DNA of 64,000 nucleotides from Eledone cirrhosa (lineage: Eukaryota): positions 26,939 through 90,938 of the forward strand of contig CAXHJY010000871.1 of the NCBI GenBank assembly GCA_964016885.1, written 5' to 3'. The first letter of the stretch is position 1. The number at the start of each line of letters is the position of its first letter. A model generated the notes under the pieces. That model was not told the DNA's origin. It was given only the letters and a program-made list of their open reading frames with translations, and searched no databases. A program made the translations under genes and the position numbers. Of the stretch, positions 10,601-24,400 are shown in pieces.

Positions 10601-13600
10601 AGGTGGAGATAATTTGTAAAAAAAATCAGGGGGAGATAATTTGTAAAAACAAAATCAAGGGCAGATAATTTCCAGCTGTCCAAGGGGAGATAATTTCCAG
10701 CCGTCCAAGGGGAGATAATTTCCAGCCGTCCAAGGGGAGATAATTTCCATCCTTCCAAGAGGATATAATTTCCAGCCGTCCAAGGGGAGATAATTTCCCG
10801 CCAGCCAAGGGAAGATAATTTTTAAAAAAATCAGGCGGAGATTGTAATAAAAATCAGGGGGAGATAATTTGTAAAAAAAAATCAGGGGGAGGTAATTTGT
10901 AAAAAAAAATCAGGGGGAGATAATTTGTAAAAAAAATTAGGCGTAGATAATTTGTAAAAAAAAATCAGGGGGAGATAATTTGTAAGAAAAAATCAGGGGG
11001 AGATAATTTGTTAAAAAAATCAAGGGGAGATAATTTGCAGCCGTCCAAGGGGAGATAATTTTCAGCCGTCCAAGGAGAGGTAATTTCTAGCCGTCCAAGG
11101 GGAGATAATTTCCAGCCGTCCAAGGGGAGATAATTTCCAACCGTCCAAGGGGAGATAATTTTAAAAAAAAATCAGGCGGAGATAATTTGTAAAAAAAAAT
11201 CAGTGGGAGATAATTCGTAAAAAAAAATCAGGGGGAGATTTGTAAAAAAAAATCAGGGGGAGATAATTTGTAAAAAAAAATCAAGGGGAGATAATTTCCA
11301 GCCGTCCAAGGGGAGGTAATATCTAGCCGTCCAAGGGGAGATAATTTCCAGCCGTCCAAGGGGAGATAATTTCCAGCCGTCCAAGGGGAGATAATTTCCA
11401 GCCGTCCAAGGAGACATATTATCCAGCCGTCCAAGGCGAGGTAATTTCTAGCCGTCCAAGGGGAGATAAATTCCAGCCTCCAAGGGGAAATAATTTACAG
11501 CCAGCCAAGGGGAGATAATTTGTAAAAAAATCAGGGGGAGATAATTTGTAAAAAAAATCAGGGGGAGATAATTTGTAAAAAAAATCAGGGGGAGATAATT
11601 TGTAAAAAATAATCAGAGGGAGATAATTTTTAAAAAAAATCAAGGGGAGATAATTTCCAGCCGTCCAAGGGGAGATAATTTTCAGCCGTCCAAGGGGAGA
11701 TAATTTCCCGCCAGCCAAGGAAAGATAATATTTAAAAAAATTAGGCGGAGATAATTTGTAAAAAAAATCAGGGGGAGATAATTTGTAAAAAAAAATCAGG
11801 GGTAGATAATTTGTAAAAAAAAATCAGGGGGAGATAATTTGTAAAAAAAAATCAGGGGGAGATAATTTGTAAAAAAATCAAGGGGAGATAATTTCCAGCC
11901 GTCCAATGAGAGATAATTTAAAAAAAAAATCAGCGGCAGATAATTTGTAAAAAAAATCAAAGGGAGATAATTTCCAGCCGTCCAAATAGAGATAATTTCT
12001 AGCCGTCCAAGGGGAGATAATTTCCAGCCAAGGAGAGATAATTTACTGCCGTCCAAGGGGAGATAATTTTTTAAAAAATCAGGTGGAGATAATTTGTAAA
12101 AAAAATCAGGGGGAGATAATTTGTAAAAACAAAATCAAGGGCAGATAATTTCCAGCTGTCCAAGGGGAGATAATTTCCAGCCGTCCAAGGGGAGATAATT
12201 TCCAGCCGTCCAAGGGGAGATAATTTCCATCCTTCCAAGGGGATAGAATTTCCAGCCGTCCAAGGGGAGATAATTTCCCGCCAGCCAAGGGAAGATAATT
12301 TTTTAAAAAATCAGGCGGAGATTGTAAAAAAAAATCAGGGGGGAGATAATTTGTAAAAAAAAATCAGGGGGAGATAATTTGTAAAAAAAAAATCAGGGGG
12401 AGATAATTTGTAAAAAAAAATCAGGGGGAGATAATTTGTAAAAAAAATTAGGCGTAGATAATTTGTAAAAAAAAATCAGGGGGTGATAATTTGTAAAAAA
12501 AATCAGGGGGAGATAATTTGTTAAAAAAATCAAGGGGAGATAATTTGCAGCCGTCCAAGGGGAGATAATTTTCAGCCGTCCAAGGAGAGGTAATTTCTAG
12601 CCGTCCAAGGGGAGATAATTTCCAGCCGTCCAAGAGGAGATAATTTCCAGCCGTCCAAGGGGAGATCATTTTTTTAAAAAAATCAGGCGGAGATAGTTTG
12701 TAAAAAAAAATCAGGGGGAGATAATTCGTAAAAAAAATTCAGGGGGAGATAATTTGTAAAAAAAATTAGGGGGAGATAATTTGTAAAAAAAATCAAGGGG
12801 AGATAATTTCCAGCCGTCCAAGGGGAGGTAATATCTAGCCGTCCAAGGGGAGATAATTTCCAGCCGTCCAAGGGGAGATAATTTCCAGCCGTCCAAGGGG
12901 AGATAATTTCCAGCCGTCCAAGGAGACATATTTTCTAGCCGTCCAAGGAGAGGTAATTTCTAGCCGTCCAAGGGGAGATAAATTCCAGCCTCCAAGGGGA
13001 GATAATTTCCAGCCAGCCAAGGGGAGATAATTTGTAAAAAAATCAGGGGGAGATAATTTGTAAAAAATATCAGGGGGAGATAATTTGTAAAAAAAAATCA
13101 GGGGGAGATAATTTGTAAAAAAAAATCAGGGGGAGATAATTTGTATAAAAAAATCAGGGGGAGATAATTTGTAACAAAAATCAAGGGGAGATAATTTCCA
13201 GCCGTCCAAGGAGAGATAATTTTCAGCCGTCCAAGGAGAGGTAATTTCTAGCCGTCCAAGGAGAGATAATTTCCAGCCGTCCAAGGGGAGATAATTTCCA
13301 GCCGTCCAAGGGGAGATAATTTCCAGCCGTCCAACGAGACATATTTTCCAGCCGTCCAAGGAGAGGTAATTTCTAGCCGTCCAAGGAGAGATAATTTCCA
13401 GCCGTCCAAGGGGAGATAAATTCCAGCCTCCAAGGGGAGATAATTTCCAGCCAGCCAAGGGGAGATAATTTGTAAAAAAATCAGGGGGAGATAATTTTTA
13501 AAAAAAATCAGGGGGAGATAATTTGTAAAAAAAAATCAGGGAAAGATAATTTGTAAAAAATAATCAGGGGGAGATAATTTGTAAAAAAAATCAAGGGGAG

Positions 13601-15489
13601 ATAATTTCCAGCCGTCCAAGGGGAGATAATTTTCAGCCGTCCAAGGGGAGATAATTTCCCGCCAGCCAAGGGAAGATAATATTTAAAAAAATTAGGCGGA
13701 GATAATTTGTAAAAAAAAATCAGGGGGAGATAATTTTTAAAAAAATCAGGGGGAGATAATTTGTAAAAAAATCAGGGGTAGATAATTTGTAAAAAAAATC
13801 AAGGGGAGATAATTTCCAGCCGTCCAAGGGAAGATAATTTCCAGCCCTCCAAGGGGCTATAATTTCCAGCTTCCAAGGGGAGATAATTTCCAGCCAGCGA
13901 AGGGGAGATAATTTTTTTTAAAAAATCATTAGGAGATTTGTAAAAAAATCAGGGGGAGATAATTTGTAAAAAAAATCAAGGGGAGATAATTTCCAGCCGT
14001 CCAAGGGGAGGTAATATCTAGCCGTCCAAGGGGAGATAATTTCCAGCCGTCCAAGGGGAGATAATTTCCAGCCGTCCAAAGGTAGATAATATCCAGCCGT
14101 CCAAGGACATATTTTCCAGCCGTCCAAGGAGAGGTAATTTCTAGCCGTCCAAGGGGAGATAAATTCCAGCCTCCAAGGGGAGATAATTTCCAGCCAGCCA
14201 AGGGGAGATAATTTGTAAAAAAAATCAGGGGGAGATAATTTGTAAAAAAAAATCAGAGGGAGATAATTTGTAAAAAAAAATCAGGGGGAGATAATTTGTA
14301 TAAAAAATCAAGGGGAGATAATTTCCAGCCGTCCAAGGGGAGATAATTTTCAGCCGTCCAAGGGGAGATAATTTCCCGCCAGCCAAGGGAAGATAATATT
14401 TAAAAAAATTAGGCGGAGATAATTTGTAAAAAAAATCAGGGGGAGATAATTTGTAAAAAAATCAGGTGGAGATAATTTGTAAAAAAAATCAGGGGGAGAT
14501 AATTTGTAAAAAAAATCAAGGGGAGATAATTTCCAGCCGTCCAAGGGGAGGTAATATCTAGCCGTCCAAGGGGAGATAATTTCCAGCCGTCCAAGGAGAG
14601 ATAATTTTCAGCCGTCCAAGGAGAGGTAATTTCTAGCCGTCCAAGGAGAGATAATTTCCAGCCGTCCAAGGGGAGATAATTTCCAGCCGTCCAAGGGGAG
14701 ATAATTTCCAGCCGTCCAACGAGACATATTTTCCAGCCGTCCAAGGAGAGGTAATTTCTAGCCGTCCAAGGAGAGATAATTTCCAGCCGTCCAAGGGGAG
14801 ATAAATTCCAGCCTCCAAGGGGAGATAATTTCCAGCCAGCCAAGGGGAGATAATTTGTAAAAAAATCAGGGGGAGATAATTTGTAAAAAAAATCAGGGGG
14901 AGATAATTTGTAAAAAAAAATCAGGGAAAGATAATTTGTAAAAAATAATCAGGGGGAGATAATTTGTAAAAAAATCAAGGGGAGATAATTTCCAGCCGTC
15001 CAAGGGGAGATAATTTTCAGCCGTCCAAGGGGAGATAATTTCCAGCCGTCCAAGGGGAGATAATTTCCACCCGTCCAAGGGTAGATAATATCCAGCCGTC
15101 CAAGGAGAAATATTTTCCAGCCGTCCAAGGAGAGGTAATTTCTAGCCGTCCAAGGGGAGATAAATTCCAGCCTCCAAGGGGAGATAATTTCCAGCCAGCC
15201 AAGGGGAGATAATTTGTAAAAAAATCAGGGGGAGATAATTTGTAAAAAAAATCAGGGGCAGATAATTTGTAAAAAAAAATCAGGGGGAGATAATTTGTAA
15301 AAAAAAATCAGGGGGAGATAATTTGTAAAAAAAATCAAGGGGAGATAATTTCCAGCCGTCCAAGGGGAGATAATTTTCAGCCGTCCAAGGGGAGATAATT
15401 TCCCGCCAGCCAAGGGAAGATAATATTTAAAAAAATCAGGCGGAGATAATTTGTAAAAAAAATCAGGGGGAGATAATTTGTAAAAAAAT

Positions 15490-18400
15490 CAGGGGGAGAT
15501 AATTTGTAAAAAAAAAATCAGGGGGAGATAATTTGTAAAAAAAATCAGGGGGAGATAATTTGTAAAAAAATCAAGGGGAGATAATTTCCAGCCGTCCAAG
15601 GGGAGATAATTTTTTAAAAAATCAGGTGGAGATAATTTGTAAAAAAAATCAGGGGGAGATAATTTGTAAAAACAAAATCAAGGGCAGATAATTTCCAGCT
15701 GTCCAAGGGGAGATAATTTCCAGCCGTCCAAGGGGAGATAATTTCCAGCCGTCCAAGGGGAGATAATTTCCATATTTCCAAGGGGATATAATTTCCAGCC
15801 GTCCAAGGGGAGATAATTTCCCGCCAGCCAAGGGAAGATAATTTTTAAAAAAATCAGGCGGAGATTGTAAAAAAAATCAGGGGGGAGATAATTTGTAAAA
15901 AAATCAGGGGGAGATAATTTGTAAAAAACAATCAGGGGGAGATAATTTGTAAAAAAAATCAGGGGGAGATAATTTGTAAAAAAAAATCAGGGGGAGATAA
16001 TTTGTAAAAAAAATTAGGCGTAGATAATTTGTAAAAAAAAATCAGGGGGAGATAATTTGTAAAAAAAATCAGGCGGAGATAATTTGTAAAAAAAATCAAG
16101 GGGAGATTATTTGCAGCCGTCCAAGGGGAGATAATTTTCAGTTGTCCAAGGAGAGGTAATTTCTAGCCGTCCAAGGGGAGATAATTTCCAGCCGTCCAAG
16201 GGGAGATAATTTCCAGCCGTCCAAGGGGAGATAATTTGTAAAAAAAATCAGGGAGAGATAATTTGTAAAAAAAATCGGGGGGGATAATTTGTAAAAAAAT
16301 ATCAGGGGGAGATAATTTGTAAAAAAAATCAAGCAGAGATAATTTCCAGCCGTCCAAGGGAAGATAATTTCCAGCCCTCCAAGGGGCTATAATTTCCAGT
16401 GTCCAAGGGGAGATAATTTCCAGCCAGCGAAGGGGAGATAATTTTTTTTTAAAAATCAGGGGGAGATTTGTAAAAAAAATCAGGGGGAGATAATTTGTAA
16501 AAAAAATCAAAGGGAGATAATTTCCAGCCGTCCAAAGAGAGATAATTTCTAGCCGTCCAAGGGGAGATAATTTCGAGCCAAGGGGAGATAATTTCCAGCC
16601 GTCCAAGGGGAGATAATTTTTTAAAAAATCAGGTGGAGATAATTTGTAAAAAAAATCAGGGGGAGATAATTTGTAAAAACAAAATCAAGGGCAGATAATT
16701 TCCAGCTGTCCAAGGGGAGATAATTTCCAGCCGTCCAAGGGGAGATAATTTCCAGCCGTCCAAGGGGAGATAATTTCCATCCTTCCAAGAGGATATAATT
16801 TCCAGCCGTCCAAGGGGACATAATTTCCCGCCAGCCAAGGGAAGATAATTTTTTAAAAAATCAGGCGGAGATTGTAATAAAAATCAGGGGGGAGATAATT
16901 TGTAAAAAAATCAGGGGGAGATAATTTGTAAAAAAAAATCAGGGGGAGATAATTTGTAAAAAAAAATCAGGGGGAGATAATTTGTAAAAAAAAATCAGGG
17001 GGAGATAATTTGTAAAAAAAATTAGGCGTAGATAATTTGTAAAAAAAAATCAGGGGGAGATAATTTGTTAAAAAAATCAAGGGGAGATAATTTGCAGCCG
17101 TCCAAGGGGAGATAATTTTCAGCCGTCCAAGGAGAGGTAATTTCTAGCCGTCCAAGGGGAGATAATTTCCAGCCGTCCAAGGGGAGATAATTTCCAGCCG
17201 TCCAAGGGGAGATAATTTTAAAAAAAAAATCAGGCGGAGATAATTTGTAAAAAAAAATCAGGGGGAGATAATTCGTAAAAAAAAATCAGGGGGAGATAAT
17301 TTGTAAAAAAAAATCAGGGGGAGATAATTTGTTAAAAAAATAAAGGGGAGATAATTTCCAGCCGTCCAAGGGGAGGTAATATCTAGCCGTCCAAGGGGAG
17401 ATAATTTCCAGCCGTCCAAGGGGAGATAATTTCCAGCCGTCCAAGGGGAGATAATTTCCAGCCGTCCAAGGAGACATATTATCCAGCCGTCCAAGGCGAG
17501 GTAATTTCTAGCCGTCCAAGGGGAGATAAATTCCAGCCTCCAAGGGGAGATAATTTCCAGCCAGCCAAGGGGAGATAATTTGTAAAAAAATCAGGGGGAG
17601 ATAATTTGTAAAAAAAAATCAGGGGGAGATAATTTGTAAAAAAAATCAAGGGGAGATAATTTCCAGCCGTCCAAGGGGAGATAATTTTCAGCCGTCCAAG
17701 GAGAGGTAATTTCTAGCCGTCCGAGGAGAGATAATTTCCAGCCGTCCAAGGGGAGATAATTTCCAGCCGTCCAAGGGGAGATAATTTCCAGCCGTCCAAG
17801 GAGACATATTTTCCAGCCGTCCAAGGAGAGGTAATTTCTAGCCGTACAAGGGGAGATAAATTCCAGCCTCCAAGGGGAGATAATTTCCAGCCAGCCAAGG
17901 GGAGATAATTTGTAAAAAAATCAGGGGGAGATAATTTGTAAAAAAAATCAGGGGGAGATAATTTGTAAAAAATAATCAGGGGGAGATAATTTTTTAAAAA
18001 AATCAAGGGGAGATAATTTCCAGCCGTCCAAGGGGAGATAATTTTCAGCCGTCCAAGGGGAGATAATTTCCCGCCAGCCAAGGAAAGATAATATTTAAAA
18101 AAATTAGGCGGAGATAATTTGTAAAAAAAATCAGGGGGAGATAATTTGTAAAAAAAATCAGGGGGAGATAATTTGTAAAAAAAAATCAGGGGGAGATAAT
18201 TTGTAAAAAAATCAAGGGGAGAAAATTTCCAGCCGTCCAAGGGGAGATAATTTTCAGCCGTCCAATGAGAGGTAATTTCTAGCCGTCCAAGGGGAGATAA
18301 TTTCCAGCCGTCCAAGGGGAGGTAATTTCCAGCCGTCCAAGGGGAGATAATTTTTAAAAAAAAATCAGGCGAAGATAATTTGTAAAAAAAATCAAGGGGA

Positions 18401-21400
18401 GATAATTTGCAGCCGTCCAAGGGGAGATAATTTTCAGTTGTCCAAGGAGAGGTAATTTCTAGCCGTCCAAGGGGAGATAATTTCCAGCCGTCCAAGTGGA
18501 GATAATTTCCAGCCGTCCAAGGGGAGATAATTTGTAAAAAAAATCAGGGGGAGATAATTTGTAAAAAAAATCGGGGGGGATAATTTGTAAAAAAAAATCA
18601 GGGGGAGATAATTTGTAAAAAAAATCAAGCAGAGATAATTTCCAGCCGTCCAAGGGAAGATAATTTCCAGCCCTCCAAGGGGCTATAATTTCCAGTGTCC
18701 AAGGGGAGATAATTTCCAGCCAGCGAAGGGGAGATAATTTTTTTTAAAAAATCAGGGGGAGATTTGTAAAAAAAATCAGGGGGAGATAATTTGTAAAAAA
18801 AATCAAAGGGAGATAATTTCCAGCCGTCTAAAGAGAGATAATTTCTAGCCGTCCAAGGGGAGATAATTTCGAGCCAAGGGGAGATAATTTCCAGCCGTCC
18901 AAGGGGAGATAATTTTTTAAAAAATCAGGTGGAGATAATTTGTAAAAAAAATCAGGGGGAGATAATTTGTAAAAACAAAATCAAGGGCAGATAATTTCCA
19001 GCTGTCCAAGGGGAGATAATTTCCAGCCGTCCAAGGGGAGATAATTTCCAGCCGTCCAAGGGGAGATAATTTCCATCCTTCCAAGAGGATATAATTTCCA
19101 GCCGTCCAAGGGGAGATAATTTCCCGCCAGCCAAGGGAAGATAATTTTTAAAAAAATCAGGCGGAGATTTTAATAAAAATCAGGGGGGAGATAATTTGTA
19201 AAAAAATCAGGGGGAGATAATTTGTAAAAAAAAATCAGGGGGAGATAATTTGTAAAAAAAAATCAGGGGGAGATAATTTGTAAAAAAAAATCAGGGGGAG
19301 ATAATTTGTAAAAAAAATTAGGCGTAGATAATTTGTAAAAAAAAATCAGGGGGAGATAATTTGTAAGAAAAAATCAGGGGGAGATAATTTGTTAAAAAAA
19401 TCAAGGGGAGATAATTTGCAGCCGTCCAAGGGGAGATAATTTTCAGCCGTCCAAGGAGAGGTAATTTCTAGCCGTCCAAGGGGAGATAATTTCCAGCCGT
19501 CCAAGGGGAGATAATTTCCAGCCGTCCAAGGGGAGATAATTTAAAAAAAAAAATCAGGCGGAGATAATTTGTAAAAAAAATCAGGGGGAGATAATTCGTA
19601 AAAAAAAATCAGGGGGAGATAATTTGTAAAAAAAAATCAGGGGGAGATAATTTGTAAAAAAAAATCAAGGGGAGATAATTTCCAGCCGTCCAAGGGTGGT
19701 AATATCTAGCCGTCCAAGGGGAGATAATTTCCAGCCGTCGAAGGGGAGATAATTTCCAGCCGTCCAAGGGGAGATAATTTCCAGCCGTCCAAGGAGACAT
19801 ATTATCCAGCAGTCCAAGGCGAGGTAATTTCTAGCCGTCCAAGGGGAGATAAATTCCAGCCTCCAAGGGGAGATAATTTCCAGCCAGCCAAGGGGAGATA
19901 ATTTGTAAAAAAATCAGGGGGAGATAATTTGTAAAAAATATCAGGGGGAGATAATTTGTAAATAAAAATCAGGGGGAGATAATTTGTAAAAAAAAATCAG
20001 GGGGAGATAATTTGTAAAAAAAATCAAGGGGAGATAATTTCCAGCCGTCCAAGGGGAGATAATTTTCAGCCGTCCAAGGAGAGGTAATTTCTAGCCGTCC
20101 AAGGGGAGATAAATTCCAGCCTCCAAGGGGAGATAATTTCCAGCCAGCCAAGGGGAGATAATTTGTAAAAAAATCAGGGGGAGATAATTTGTAAAAAATA
20201 TCAGGGGGAGATAATTTGTAAATAAAAATCAGGGGGAGATAATTTGTAAAAAAAAATCAGGGGGAGATAATTTGTAAAAAAAAATCAGGGGGAGATAATT
20301 TGTACAAAAAAATCAGGGAGAGATAATTTGTAACAAAAATCAAGGGGAGATAATTTCCAGCCGTCCAAGGAGAGATAATTTTCAGCCGTCCAAGGAGAGG
20401 TAATTTCTAGCCGTCCAAGGAGAGATAATTTCCAGCCGTCCAAGGGGAGATAATTTCCAGCCGTCCAAGGGGAGATAATTTCCAGCCGTCCAACGAGACA
20501 TATTTTCCAGCCGTCCAAGGAGAGGTAATTTCTAGCCGTCCAAGGAGAGATAATTTCCAGCCGTCCAAGGGGAGATAAATTCCAGCCTCCAAGGGGAGAT
20601 AATTTCCAGCCAGCCAAGGGGAGATAATTTGTAAAAAAATCTGGGGGAGATAATTTTTAAAAAAAATCAGGGGGAGATAATTTGTAAAAAAAAATCAGGG
20701 AAAGATAATTTGTAAAAAATAATCAGGGGGAGATAATTTGTAAAAAAAATCAAGGGGAGATAATTTGTAAAAAAAAATCAGGGGGAGATAATTTGTAAAA
20801 AATAATCAGGGGGAGATAATTTGTAAAAAAATCAAGGGGAGATAATTTCCAGCCGTCCAAGGGGAGATAATTTTCAGCCGTCCAAGGGGAGATAATTTCC
20901 CGCCAGCCAAGGGAAGATAAGATTTAAAAAAATTAGGCGGAGATAATTTGTAAAAAAAATCAGGGGGAGATAATTTGTAAAAAAATCAGGGGGAGATAAT
21001 TTGTAAAAAAATCAGGGGTAGATAATTTGTAAAAAAAATCAAGGGGAGATAATTTCCAGCCGTCCAAGGGAAGATAATTTCCAGCCTTCCAAGGGGCTAT
21101 AATTTCCAGCGTCCAAGGGGAGATAATTTCCAGCCAGCGAAGGGGAGATAATTTTTTTTAAAAAATCATTAGGACATTTGTAAAAAAAATCAGGGGGAGA
21201 TAATTTCCAGCCGTCCAAGGGGAGGTAATATCTAGCCGTCCAAGGGGAGATAATTTCCAGCCGTCCAAGGGGAGATAATTTCCAGCCGTCCAAGGGTAGA
21301 TAATATCCAGCCGTCCAAGGACATATTTTCCAGCCGTCCAAGGAGAGGTAATTTCTAGCCGTCCAAGGGGAGATAAATTCCAGCCTCCAAGGGGAGATAG

Positions 21401-24400
21401 TTTCCAGCCAGCCAAGGGGAGATAATTTGTAAAAAAAATCAGGGGGAGATAATTTGTAAAAAAAAATCAGGGGGAGATAATTTGTAAAAAAAAATCAGGG
21501 GGAGATAATTTGTAAAAAAAAATCAGGGGGAGATAATTTGTAAAAAAAATCAAGGGGAGATAATTTCCAGCCCTCCAAGGGGAGATAATTTTCAGCCGTC
21601 CAAGGGGAGATAATTTCCCGCCAGCCAAGGGAAGATAATATTTAAAAAAATTAGGCGGAGATAATTTGTAAAAAAAATCAGGGGGAGATAATTTGTAAAA
21701 AAATCAGGTGGAGATAATTTGTAAAAAAAATCAGGGGGAGATAATTTGTAAAAAAAATCAAGGGGAGATAATTTCCAGCCGTCCAAGGAGAGATAATTTT
21801 CAGCCGTCCAAGGAGAGGTAATTTCTAGCCGTCCAAGGGGAGATAATTTCCAGCCGTCCAAGGGGAGATAATTTCCAGCCGTCCAACGAGACATATTTTC
21901 CAGCCGTCCAAGGAGAGGTAATTTCTAGCCGTCCAAGGAGAGATAATTTCCAGCCGTCCAAGGGGAGATAAATTCCAGCCTCCAAGGGGAGATAATTTCC
22001 AGCCAGCCAAGGGGAGATAATTTGTAAAAAAATCAGGGGGAGATAATTTGTAAAAAAAATCAGGGGGAGATAATTTGTAAAAAAAAATCAGGGAAAGATA
22101 ATTTGTAAAAAATAATCAGGGGGAGATAATTTGTAAAAAAAATCAAGGGGAGATAATTTCCAGCCGTCCAAGGGGAGATAATTTTCAGCCGTCCAAGGGG
22201 AGATAATTTCCCGCCAGCCAAGGGAAGATAATATTTAAAAAAATTAGGCGGAGATAATTTGTAAAAAAAATCAGGGGGAGATAATTTGTAAAAAAATCAG
22301 GTGGAGATAATTTGTAAAAAAAATCAGGGGGAGATAATTTGTAAAAAAAATCAAGGGGAGATAATTTCCAGCCGTCCAAGGGGAGGTAATATCTAGCCGT
22401 CCAAGGGGAGATAATTTCCAGCCGTCCAAGGGGAGATAATTTCCACCCGTCCAAGGGTAGATAATATCCAGCCGTCCAAGGAGAAATATTTTCCAGCCGT
22501 CCAAGGAGAGGTAATTTCTAGCCGTCCAAGGGGAGATAATTTTTAAAAAAAAATCAGGCGGAGATAATTTGTAAAAAAAATCAAGGGGAGATAATTTGCA
22601 GCCGTCCAAGGGGAGATAATTTTCAGTTGTCCAAGGAGAGGTAATTTCTAGCCGTCCAAGGGGAGATAATTTCCAGCCGTCCAAGGGGAGATAATTTCCA
22701 GCCGTCCAAGGGGAGATAATTTGTAAAAAAAATCAGGGGGAGATAATTTGTAAAAAAAAATCGGGGGGGATAATTTGTAAAAAAAAATCAGGGGGAGATA
22801 ATTTGTAAAAAAAATCAAGCAGAGATAATTTCCAGCCGTCCAAGGGAAGATAATTTCCAGCCCTCCAAAGGGCTATAATTTCCAGTGTCCAAGGGGAGAT
22901 AATTTCCAGCCAGCGAAGGGGAGATAATTTTTTTTAAAAAATCAGGGGGAGATTTGTAAAAAAAATCAGGGGGAGATAATTTGTAAAAAAAATCAAAGGG
23001 AGATAATTTCCAGCCGTCCAAAGAGAGATAATTTCTAGCCGTCCAAGGGGAGATAATTTCGAGCCAAGGGGAGATAATTTCCAGCCGTCCAAGGGGAGAT
23101 AATTTTTTAAAAAATCAGGTGGAGAAAATTTGTAAAAAAAATCAGGGGGAGATAATTTGTAAAAACAAAATCAAGGGCAGATAATTTCCAGCTGTCCAAG
23201 GGGAGATAATTTCCAGCCGTCCAAGGGGAGATAATTTCCAGCCGTCCAAGGGGAGATAATTTCCATCCTTCCAAGGGGATATAATTTCCAGCCGTCCAAG
23301 GGGAGATAATTTCCCGCCAGCCAAGGGAAGATAATTTTTAAAAAAATCAGGCGGAGATTGTAATAAATATCAGGGGGGAGATAATTTGTAAAAAAATCAG
23401 GGGGAGATAATTTGTAAAAAAAAATCAGGGGGAGATAATTTGTAAAAAAAAATCAGGGGGAGATAATTTGTAAAAAAAAATCAGGAGGAGATAATTTGTA
23501 AAAAAAATTAGGCGTAGATAATTTGTAAAAAAAAATCAGGGGGAGATAATTTGTAAGAAAAAATCAGGGGGAGATAATTTGTTAAAAAAATCAAGGGGAG
23601 ATAATTTGCAGCCGTCCAAGGGGAGATAATTTTCAGCCGTCCAAGGAGAGGTAATTTCTAGCCGTCCAAGGGGAGATAATTTCCAGCCGTCCAAGGGGAG
23701 ATAATTTCCAGCCGTCCAAGGGGAGATAATTTTAAAAAAAAAATCAGGCGGAGATAATTTGTAAAAAAAAATCAGGGGGAGATAATTCGTAAAAAAAAAT
23801 CAGGGGGAGATAATTTGTAAAAAAAAATCAGGGGGAGATAATTTGTAAAAAAAAATCAAGGGGAGATACTTTCCAGCCGTCCAAGGGGAGGTAATATCTA
23901 GCCGTCCAAGGGGAGATAATTTCCAGCCGTCCAAGGGGAGATAATTTCCAGCCGTCCAAGGGGAGATAATTTCCAGCCGTCCAAGGAGACATATTATCCA
24001 GCCGTCCAAGGCGAGGTAATTTCTAGCCGTCCAAGGGGAGATAAATTCCAGCCTCCAAGGGGAGATAATTTCCAGCCAGCCAAGGGGAGATAATTTGTAA
24101 AAAATATCAGGGGGAGATAATTTGTAAAAAAAATCAGGGGGAGATAATTTGTAAAAAAAAATCAGGGGGAGATGATTTGTAAAAAAATCAGGGGGAGATA
24201 ATTTGTAAAAAAATCAGGGGTAGATAATTTGTAAAAAAAATCAAGGGGAGATAATTTCCAGCCGTCCAAGGGAAGATAATTTCCAGCCCTCCAAGGGGCT
24301 ATAATTTCCAGCGTCCAAGGGGAGATAATTTCCAGCCAGCGAAGGGGAGATAATTTTTTTTAAAAAATCATTAGGACATTTGTAAAAAAAATCAGGGGGA

